Shown: one piece after another, positions 1 to 7,463 of the stretch
Numbering within the stretch: the first letter of the stretch is position 1
How the letters are laid out: each line of letters starts with the position of its first letter
Assembly (NCBI GenBank): GCA_964016885.1
Contig: OZ024743.1
Coordinates: forward strand, 357,988,001-358,052,000
Direction of reading: 5' to 3'
DNA: 64,000 nucleotides
Source of the DNA: Eledone cirrhosa
Taxonomy: Eukaryota
Made by a program: the position numbers and the translations under genes
Notes under the pieces: generated by a model
Seen by the model: the letters and a program-made list of their open reading frames with translations, nothing else
Databases searched by the model: none
What the model was told of the DNA's origin: nothing

Positions 1-1
1 A

Positions 2-1369
2 ACGCACATCACCCGAGGCAAAAAATATGCCACCGTAGACGTACTTTTTGCCACACCCCAGGAGGCAAAGGCCCAATCAGTAGTGACCCTAAGGAGCGAG
101 GAAATGGTGTTGGTGCCCTCCTACTGTGGGCAAAAAATTGTGAGGGTCAAACTGACCCACGTCCCCCCCGGAATGACCCCTTCTTGGCTGGCCGCGTCTG
201 TCCTCGTCGGAATCGAGGACAAAACAACTGTACTGCAAGTACAGAAAAAAGTAAGAGAAGATTGGGTCGGCTCCTCCATTGAGATGCTAATCCAAACCAA
301 CCAGGAGTGCATCGAAGCTATCCCGGATGTGATAGACTTCGATAACGGCACTCAACTGCCCATAAGTGTTGAGGGCAAACGCCCGAAATGCTTTCGCTGT
401 GGATCGAAGACTCACCTCAGGGCCTTCTGCAACGAGAAGACCCTGAGAAAGGAGAAAACCCCCCTCCTTCCGAATCCGGCTCCACGGCTACCAGCAACAG
501 GACAAGCGGCAACCAGGAACGATAGGCCCGTGGCACCCATACCCACTCCACGGAAATCAAAAACAGCAGCAGCAGTGGAAATACTAACAACAACAACAGC
601 AATACCAAATGCAGCTGCAACAGAGACTCCAGTGCAAACATCACCAACAACAACAAGTGAAAGAGTGGAGTTGGTACCCCTCCCCGACCTCACAGAATCA
701 GACATGGAGTGTGAGGTGGGAGAGAGATGGCAAAAGGTCGTAAGAAGGCACAAACGCAGAAGCAGCGCATCGTCGCCTTTGAAAAGTGAGGAAAGAAATG
801 AGAAAAGGGTAAAGTCTACTGCAAAGAGACCCACAGCAGCAACACCACCAACACCATCACCACCCACACCAGCACCACCATCACCACCGGCGACAACCCC
901 ACCGCCAACAACACCTTCAACACCACCACCACAAGCACCAACATCGCAAACACAACAACAAAACACACACACCCAGCAACAACGACAAGAAAATAGCAGA
1001 ACCACACCCCACCCCCAGAAAAACAAATGCACGGCAATAAACACACACAACAAGAAACTAATGACTTACATAATTGAACACACAGACATTTCACAACAGG
1101 ACTACATAATACCAGCACCAATCAAAACGCCAACTAACATAAGACTGCTAAAAATAGCACAGAAACAATACACAAACATTAAAACGAAATTCCCCAACGC
1201 AGTTGGTGATTTCAGGGACCTAGGAGGAACCATTAATCGAAGAGTATATTCAGACATTCTCTTAGAAGAGCCGACGACCAGCCGAAGGGACGATTCAACG
1301 GTCCCTTCACCAGACGATCAAGTGAAAAGGGATGTAAAAACCATCCCTCCTCTACCAAAAATACGGTAA
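2..1369 (+). CDS. ORF1 nucleic-acid-binding (gag-like) protein, 5'-partial
   Basis: Open from the window start in the frame of the 83..1369 ORF. Contains the CX2CX4HX4C knuckle CFRCGSKTHLRAFC. Confidence 0.9.
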   Translation, partial: THITRGKKYATVDVLFATPQEAKAQSVVTLRSEEMVLVPSYCGQKIVRVKLTHVPPGMTPSWLAASVLVGIEDKTTVLQVQKKVREDWVGSSIEMLIQTNQECIEAIPDVIDFDNGTQLPISVEGKRPKCFRCGSKTHLRAFCNEKTLRKEKTPLLPNPAPRLPATGQAATRNDRPVAPIPTPRKSKTAAAVEILTTTTAIPNAAATETPVQTSPTTTSERVELVPLPDLTESDMECEVGERWQKVVRRHKRRSSASSPLKSEERNEKRVKSTAKRPTAATPPTPSPPTPAPPSPPATTPPPTTPSTPPPQAPTSQTQQQNTHTQQQRQENSRTTPHPQKNKCTAINTHNKKLMTYIIEHTDISQQDYIIPAPIKTPTNIRLLKIAQKQYTNIKTKFPNAVGDFRDLGGTINRRVYSDILLEEPTTSRRDDSTVPSPDDQVKRDVKTIPPLPKIR

Positions 1370-1404
1370 GTGGTCTTTCCCATCTTTTCCACTCTATTTT
1401 AAAC

Positions 1405-4400
1405 ATGACCTCACTCAGAATAGGCAGCATAAATGCGCGTGGCTTGGGGTCGTCATGGAAGCAGGGTCACCTGCTCAACGACCTCAGGTCACTAAACATA
1501 GATGTAGTGGCCATCAGCGAGACCAGAATCTCCGAAGCACGGGCCTTCGCACCGATCTTCGGCGGCTACGATGTGTACGCATCTCCCAGCCGTCCTGGAT
1601 CGGGTGGAGGAGTTGCTGTGCTTTTTCGGAGAGGTTTGGATCTCGCCATACGGGCCATCTTCCTGGACCCAGAGGGTAAGCTGGTGGTGCTGGACGTGAC
1701 CAGCGGAGACGGGCAAGCTTTCAGGCTAGTGGCCGTCTATGCCCCGACAGGAGCAGGGCGGCCTGATTTCTTCCGGCGTCTGGAGACCTTTCTTGGAACG
1801 TCGCGCTCTTTAGTGTTAGTGGGCGACTGGAACGGGATCTTAGATGCACGCTGGGACTGTGTGGGATTAGCGGATAGGGGTGGAGGGTGCAAGAGCCTCA
1901 CCAACCTGCTCAGGCGTTTTGAACTGTCTGACAGGTACCGATTGGATTTCCCGAATGTGCCAATGTGGACTTGGACAAACCGCATAGGGTCATCCAGATC
2001 ATATCTAGATAGAGTATTTTGTAGGGAAATAGATAGGTCTAGCATAGGCTGTCCACAATTCAAGATAGTCAGCTACACGGACCACAAATTCGTGATCTGT
2101 GTGCTTGACTTAGATAGGCTTCATAGACGAGGACCCGGCTACTGGAAGCTAAACGCGTCCTTACCAGCGCGCAAGGCCTACAGAGACCGGATTAGCGAAC
2201 TAGTTAAGCGGGCGTTGACGGGGGCCATCGTCAACAACAAGTGGTGGTTTGCTCTGAAAAGAGCGATTAGAATAGAATCGATTAGGTTTAGTAAGGCTTT
2301 AGCAATAGAGAAAAATAGAGCAGAGGGAGAACTAGTTAGAAAATTAGACGAGGCGCTTAGCAAAGGCATTGCGACCGACGTGCTTGCGGCGAAATTGGCC
2401 CTTGACCAATTCTTCAATGCAAAGCACGAAGGCTGCGTTGTCAGAGCTAGGGTGCGTGCTCTCAGACACGAGGGGACGAAAGCCGTTCAATGGGCCCGAG
2501 TGGCGGAGGCGCGTCGTGGCAACAAAGCCACGATCCGGTCTTTGGTGGACCACGACGGGCGCATGCTACTCGATCCCGGGCAAATGTGTGAAGCTTTTCA
2601 GCGACACTTCGCTCAGCTGTTCGGGGGCAGCGGGGGGCCGGGTAGAGGGATGGACTTTAGTGTCTACCTCGACGGGCTGCCGCGGCTCTCGGCCACTGAG
2701 GCGAGGTGTTGCGAAAAGCCGATAACAGCCGCTGAAGTACGGGAGGCAATGACTGGCTGCACAAGGGGTAAATCGCCTGGTTTGGATGGTCTGCCCTATG
2801 AACTTTACGTACAGATGCCAGACTTGTTCGGAGGCCTCTTGGCGGACGTCTACTGCAACTGGCAACAGAACGGGAGAATTCCCAGTTCTGTGAGCCGAGG
2901 AGCGGTGGCACTGCTGAGAAAGGATCCGAACAAGGGGGATAACATAGACAATTTCCGGCCCATAACTCTGCTAAACACAGAGTTTAAGATTTTGGCCAAG
3001 GTGCTAGCAAAGAGGTTGGCGCTTGTCGTTGGTGGTCTGGTGGGAGAGGCGCAGACATGCGCCATTCCCGACAGATCCATCCACGACAACCTCCACCTCA
3101 TGCGATACATCGTAGAGAGGGTAGCTAGGGAACCTGGCACGGGTGGGTCCTTGATCAATTTAGATCAGTCGAAAGCTTTCGATAGGGTCGACCATCGTTA
3201 CCTAGCGGCAGTCCTGAGGGCGGCTGGCTTTGGGCCCGTCTTCAGAGGCTGGATCGCTGCCATGCACAGCGACATCTGCTCTGTGGTGAGAGTGAACGGT
3301 CACCTGTCGGAACCGTTCAACATCATGCGCTCGGTCCGCCAAGGATGTCCCCTCTCGTCCCTCTTGTACGTATTGACTCTCGAGCCATTACTGCACAAAC
3401 TGGAGACGTTGAGGGGAGTCCCGCGCGAACTAGGATGCGGAAGATCCGTGTCAGCATATGCGGACGATGTCACCGTAGTGGTGTCGAACGCCAAACACAT
3501 CGAGGCGATCGGCACTACACTAAGAGAATACGAAGCGGTGACAGGAGCAATGATCAACCAGGAAAAGTCAGTGGGCCTGCAGCTCGGCACCTGGAGAGGC
3601 AGGTCCATGCCGTCCAACAGCGTCGTCGGGCGCTGGACGGACGGACCGGTTAAATTGCTAGGGGTCTGGTTCGGTCCGGACCTCCAGACGGACAAAAACT
3701 GGGACGAGGTGACGAGCAGGGTGGCTTCTCTCACCCAGAAATGGGCGGAGAGGAAGCTATCCCTGAAAGGTCGAGCGGAGGTGGCTAACGCGTACATCGC
3801 GTCTGTCATCTGCTACCGCCTAACCGTCGTACCTTGTCCTAAGCCTCGCCTGACTGCGCTGGAGCGTTTGCTCTTTCGCTTTTTGTGGAAGGGACGTGCT
3901 CCGATGGTCAGGCGGTCCATCTGTTGTCAACACCCGCTACGTGGAGGGCTGGGCATGCCGTGGCTGATGATGCGCAGGCACGCGCTCAGGCTACGACATC
4001 TCCACCTCTTCCTCGACGGTGATCAGGTGTGGTCGCCGTTTGCTAGACGCGTTTTTCCCCAGCTCGTTTCCTTGACGGAGCTGCAGTCCTGGGTCAAGCG
4101 AAGACCGAGAGGGAGCGCCTGGAGACTGGAATGTCTTCAGGCGCTCACAGCCCTCGACCAATCGGGCAATGTGATCGGTGGAAACTCCACCTCGGCGTTC
4201 TATAGAGGATTAGTGGAGGGGAAGAGCGACGACGTACTTGGGGAAACTCTAGGCGTCGACGAAAATCAACTAGCCAATCTCTTCGGAAGAACTTTCGGGC
4301 CGGGGCCTATGGACAACTTCCAGAAATCTCTGGCCTGGCAGTGCTACCGAGGAGCCTTGCCAGTTCGGGATAAACTCTACAGGCATGGAGGTGCCGTCAG

Positions 4401-4824
4401 CCGGGCATGTCCGAGATGCGCGCAGGGCGACGAAACCGTCCTGCACGCACTCGTCCAGTGTCCGAAAATTGCTGACTTGTGGGTTTATGTCGAACACCTG
4501 CTGTCGCGTTTAGGACGGATCCAGCTATCATCTGAGTCTATCGTGAGGATTGCCCCGCCCTCCTCCTTTAGCCGGGAAGGGCAGGCAGTTTTTATCTGTC
4601 TGGTGGCCATGGCGAAAGAGATAGTATGGTGGACACGTTTGAAAGGGCTGAAGACGAGCACTTACCTCTTCGGTGATGCTCTGATTGACTTTTTCAAATT
4701 TCATTTGAAAAGGAAAATCAGAGTAGAAAAGGAAGTGCTCTCTTCCCAGCATTTTGTTGAAAGATGGGTGAGAGAAGCAAGAATGGCCCGAGTGAATGGG
4801 CCGACTCTGAGTATATATCTGTAA
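1405..4824 (+). CDS. ORF2: APE endonuclease + reverse transcriptase + C-terminal CCHC zinc finger (1139 aa)
   Basis: APE motifs INARG, ISETR, VYAP, GDWN, YLDRVF, YTDH. Linker GPGYWKLN. RT motifs KSPGLDG, NFRPITLLN, LDQSKAFDRVDH, VRQGCPLS, YADD. GGLGMP motif and the CX2CX8HX4C finger CPRCAQGDETVLHALVQC. Confidence 0.98.
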   Translation: MTSLRIGSINARGLGSSWKQGHLLNDLRSLNIDVVAISETRISEARAFAPIFGGYDVYASPSRPGSGGGVAVLFRRGLDLAIRAIFLDPEGKLVVLDVTSGDGQAFRLVAVYAPTGAGRPDFFRRLETFLGTSRSLVLVGDWNGILDARWDCVGLADRGGGCKSLTNLLRRFELSDRYRLDFPNVPMWTWTNRIGSSRSYLDRVFCREIDRSSIGCPQFKIVSYTDHKFVICVLDLDRLHRRGPGYWKLNASLPARKAYRDRISELVKRALTGAIVNNKWWFALKRAIRIESIRFSKALAIEKNRAEGELVRKLDEALSKGIATDVLAAKLALDQFFNAKHEGCVVRARVRALRHEGTKAVQWARVAEARRGNKATIRSLVDHDGRMLLDPGQMCEAFQRHFAQLFGGSGGPGRGMDFSVYLDGLPRLSATEARCCEKPITAAEVREAMTGCTRGKSPGLDGLPYELYVQMPDLFGGLLADVYCNWQQNGRIPSSVSRGAVALLRKDPNKGDNIDNFRPITLLNTEFKILAKVLAKRLALVVGGLVGEAQTCAIPDRSIHDNLHLMRYIVERVAREPGTGGSLINLDQSKAFDRVDHRYLAAVLRAAGFGPVFRGWIAAMHSDICSVVRVNGHLSEPFNIMRSVRQGCPLSSLLYVLTLEPLLHKLETLRGVPRELGCGRSVSAYADDVTVVVSNAKHIEAIGTTLREYEAVTGAMINQEKSVGLQLGTWRGRSMPSNSVVGRWTDGPVKLLGVWFGPDLQTDKNWDEVTSRVASLTQKWAERKLSLKGRAEVANAYIASVICYRLTVVPCPKPRLTALERLLFRFLWKGRAPMVRRSICCQHPLRGGLGMPWLMMRRHALRLRHLHLFLDGDQVWSPFARRVFPQLVSLTELQSWVKRRPRGSAWRLECLQALTALDQSGNVIGGNSTSAFYRGLVEGKSDDVLGETLGVDENQLANLFGRTFGPGPMDNFQKSLAWQCYRGALPVRDKLYRHGGAVSRACPRCAQGDETVLHALVQCPKIADLWVYVEHLLSRLGRIQLSSESIVRIAPPSSFSREGQAVFICLVAMAKEIVWWTRLKGLKTSTYLFGDALIDFFKFHLKRKIRVEKEVLSSQHFVERWVREARMARVNGPTLSIYL

Positions 4825-5073
4825 ACTAAAGGTGGAAAACTGGGAGAGGGCACTTGCCTTGGTGGTCAGGGTCATTGTGGCTTTTTACTGGGCTTTCTCC
4901 ACAAATGTCCCTCCGAAGTCTCCCCCCTATTGGGGAATTTTTCATTGTTATTTTCATTGTTATTTTTGTTACATCCTCTGTTTTTGTTTTTTACACGCAG
5001 AAATGCCCATTTGTACCGTCCTGCATTGTCCTGCACTGTCCTTAATGTCTACTTTATGTAAACCCTTGTGGTT

Positions 5074-5079
5074 AATAAA
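5074..5079 (+). terminator. AATAAA polyadenylation-signal-like hexamer (present in every copy)
   Basis: GGTTAATAAAGAAATC immediately before each ATT tract; a typical position for an L1/Tx1 3' end. Confidence 0.65.
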
Positions 5080-5085
5080 GAAATC

Positions 5086-5118
5086 ATTATTATTATTGTT
5101 ATTATTATTATTATTATT
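5086..5118 (+). repeat. Junction 1 tract (ATT)4 GTT (ATT)6
   Basis: Read directly; starts 6 nt after AATAAA. Confidence 0.95.
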
Positions 5119-5331
5119 GAATGCCATGGTTGACGGAGGCTCGGCTCTGTAAGGTATAGTAATTTTTAACCGTTAAAACAATTGTAAATTGTTTAAAACT
5201 TGAACCAAATTGTTGATAAAGACACCCTCCTCCTCGTGAGAGGGGTCTTTCTGTCCGTTATTTGGCCCTTCGGGGTTAAATAACCAGTTATTGGGGTTTT
5301 GTACCCAAAATTTCATTTTAAACAAAAAAAC
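5119..5331 (+). promoter_or_regulatory. 5' UTR/leader with serial stem-loops (putative internal promoter and/or structured RNA); repeated in every copy
   Basis: Hairpins at 5176-5194, 5218-5250 (GTGA loop), 5257-5284 (C-TTCG-G loop) and 5291-5308. Short uORF at 5126-5152. Confidence 0.6.
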
Positions 5332-7428
5332 ATGGCTACCAAAAAGAAATTTCATACGTCACTCCCACTCATTCCGTCTTCTTCTTCCTCAATCATCACT
5401 ACAGCAGAGAGAAGATTGTCTCTCTCCCTCCCTTCTTTAAATGTGTCTCTCTCCCTCCCTTCTCTTTCGCAAGCGACGAAAGAAAAGAAAAGTCTCGTGC
5501 AAAGCGTGCAAGGTTTCTCCACGACGACGACGACAGCGACGAAACAGGTGCGCGGGAAATACGAAAACCCAGTTCATTCGTCTGACGTCAGGAATAATAG
5601 CAGTAGCAGCCGTAATAACAACAGCAACAGTGACAATGAAAACAACAGTAGCAGCCGCAACAGCATCACCAGCAGCATAAACAACAACAGCATTAGCAGC
5701 AGCAACACCAACAACAACCACAGCAACAGCGGCGGAGGCAGTAGTCGTAGTACCTGCAGCAACAACAAAAGTACCAGCAGCTCTGACGACAACAACAACA
5801 GCAGAGAAAAACCAATCTCATTTGCAGGTATTGCGAAAAACCTGGAAACAATCCTCATAACAAATGAGGAATTAGAGGAAGCGAAGAAGATGGTGACAAA
5901 GAACGGACACCGAGCAATCTGCAAGGCAGCGAAAAATTTTTTCGAAACCCAAGAGCACTGTACGGTCACGTACCGTACAGTAAGTACAAAATCCCGTAGG
6001 GTGGAAAGAGCCACAGAGGCCCAAATACAAAAAGCCTTGGGGTCTGTGTGGCAGAGGAAAACGCACATCACCCGAGGCAAAAAATACGCCACCGTAGACG
6101 TACTTTTTGCCACACCCCAGGAGGCAAAGGCCCAATCAGTAGTGACCCTAAGGAGCGAGGAAATGGTGTTGGTGCCCTCCTACTGCGGGCAAAAAATTGT
6201 GAGGGTCAAACTGACCCACGTCCCCCCCGGAATGACCCCTTCTTGGCTGGCCGCGTCTGTCCTCGTCGGAATCGAGGACAAAACAACTGTACTGCAAGTA
6301 CAGAAAAAAGTAAGAGAAGATTGGGTCGGCTCCTCCATTGAGATGCTAATCCAAACCAACCAGGAGTGCATCGAAGCTATCCCGGATGTGATAGACTTCG
6401 ATAACGGCACTCAACTGCCCATAAGTGTTGAGGGCAAACGCCCGAAATGCTTTCGCTGTGGATCGAAGACTCACCTCAGGGCCTTCTGCAACGAGAAGAC
6501 CCTGAGAAAGGAGAAAACCCCCCTCCTCCCGAATCCGGTTCCACGGCTACCAGCAACAGGACAAGCGGCAACCAGGAACGATAGGTCCGTGGCACCCATA
6601 CCCACTCCACGGAAATCAAAGACAGCAGCAGCAGTGGAAATATTAACAACAACAACAGCAATACCAAATGCAGCTGCAACAGAGACTCCAGTGCAAACAT
6701 CACCAACAACAACAAGTGAAAGAGTGGAGCTGGTACCCCTCCCCGACCTTACAGAATCAGACATGGAGTGTGAGGTGGGAGAGGGATGGCAAAAGGTCTC
6801 AAGAAGGCACAAACGCAGAAGCAGCGCATCGTCGCCTTTGAAAAGGGAGGAAAGAAATGAGAAAAGGGTAAAGTCTACTGCAAAGAGACCCACAGCAGCA
6901 ACACCACCAACACCATCACCACCCACACCAGCACCACCATCACCACCGGCGACAACCCCACCGCCAACAACACCTTCAACACCACCACCACAAGCACCAA
7001 CATCGCAAACACAACAACAAAACACACACACCCAGCAACAACGACAAGAAAATAGCAGAACCACACCCCACCCCCAGAAAAACAAATGCACGGCAATAAA
7101 CACACACAACAAGAAACTAATGACTTACATAATTGAACACACAGACATTTCACAACAGGACTACATAATACCAGCACCAATCAAAACGCCAACTAACATA
7201 AGACTGCTAAAAATAGCACAGAAACAATACACAAACATTAAAACGAAATTCCCCAACGCAGTTGGTGATTTCAGGGACCTAGGAGGAACCATTAATCGAA
7301 GAGTATATTCAGACATTCTCTTAGAAGAGCCGACGACCAGCCGAAGGGACGATTCAACGGTCCCTTCACCAGACGATCAAGTGAAAAGGGATGTAAAAAC
7401 CATCCCTCCTCTACCAAAAATACGGTAA
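5332..7428 (+). CDS. ORF1 (698 aa from AAACATGG; the ORF track starts it at upstream TTG 5299)
   Basis: First in-frame ATG in good context. Ser/Asn-rich N-terminus, RRM-like core, CCHC knuckle at 6448-6489, basic NLS-like KVSRRHKRR, Pro/Thr-rich tract. Confidence 0.9.
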   Translation: MATKKKFHTSLPLIPSSSSSIITTAERRLSLSLPSLNVSLSLPSLSQATKEKKSLVQSVQGFSTTTTTATKQVRGKYENPVHSSDVRNNSSSSRNNNSNSDNENNSSSRNSITSSINNNSISSSNTNNNHSNSGGGSSRSTCSNNKSTSSSDDNNNSREKPISFAGIAKNLETILITNEELEEAKKMVTKNGHRAICKAAKNFFETQEHCTVTYRTVSTKSRRVERATEAQIQKALGSVWQRKTHITRGKKYATVDVLFATPQEAKAQSVVTLRSEEMVLVPSYCGQKIVRVKLTHVPPGMTPSWLAASVLVGIEDKTTVLQVQKKVREDWVGSSIEMLIQTNQECIEAIPDVIDFDNGTQLPISVEGKRPKCFRCGSKTHLRAFCNEKTLRKEKTPLLPNPVPRLPATGQAATRNDRSVAPIPTPRKSKTAAAVEILTTTTAIPNAAATETPVQTSPTTTSERVELVPLPDLTESDMECEVGEGWQKVSRRHKRRSSASSPLKREERNEKRVKSTAKRPTAATPPTPSPPTPAPPSPPATTPPPTTPSTPPPQAPTSQTQQQNTHTQQQRQENSRTTPHPQKNKCTAINTHNKKLMTYIIEHTDISQQDYIIPAPIKTPTNIRLLKIAQKQYTNIKTKFPNAVGDFRDLGGTINRRVYSDILLEEPTTSRRDDSTVPSPDDQVKRDVKTIPPLPKIR

Positions 7429-7463
7429 GTGGTCTTTCCCATCTTTTCCACTCTATTTTAAAC

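Larger units (their letters stand above)
1..5118 (+). mobile_element. Tx1/L1-like non-LTR retrotransposon, copy 1 (5' part outside window)
   Basis: 3' part of ORF1, intact ORF2, 3' UTR with AATAAA (5074-5079) and ATT tract. Confidence 0.95.

Noticed and set aside
1455-4875. Many 65-170 aa overlapping ORFs within ORF2
   Set aside because: Expected in GC-rich coding DNA. Their recurrence only reflects near-identical copies.
4832-5152. Hydrophobic poly-Leu ORF spanning the 3' UTR and junction
   Set aside because: The frame is broken differently among copies by T-run indels, and the poly-Leu is just the ATT tract.
5224-5250. CCTCCTCGTG resembles the L3 loop (UCCUCGY) of HDV-like/R2 ribozymes
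   Set aside because: P3 does not pair canonically (TCC/GAG), there is no convincing P1 and no GG for P1.1 afterwards. A simple GNRA hairpin explains it better. A descriptor search would settle it.
5119-5331. Hammerhead ribozyme, tRNA, 5S rRNA or U snRNA between copies
   Set aside because: No CUGANGA/GAAA core, and no sequence I recognise from these RNAs.
5299-5331. TTG-initiated N-terminal extension of ORF1 in the ORF track
   Set aside because: This is a eukaryotic element, and an in-frame ATG with good context lies at 5332.
5437-7180. Minus-strand ORFs of 79-213 aa rich in Leu/Val/Gly (and copies in every unit)
   Set aside because: These are shadows of ORF1 triplet repeats (AAC, AGC, ACC) that lack stops on the reverse strand; no recognisable motifs.
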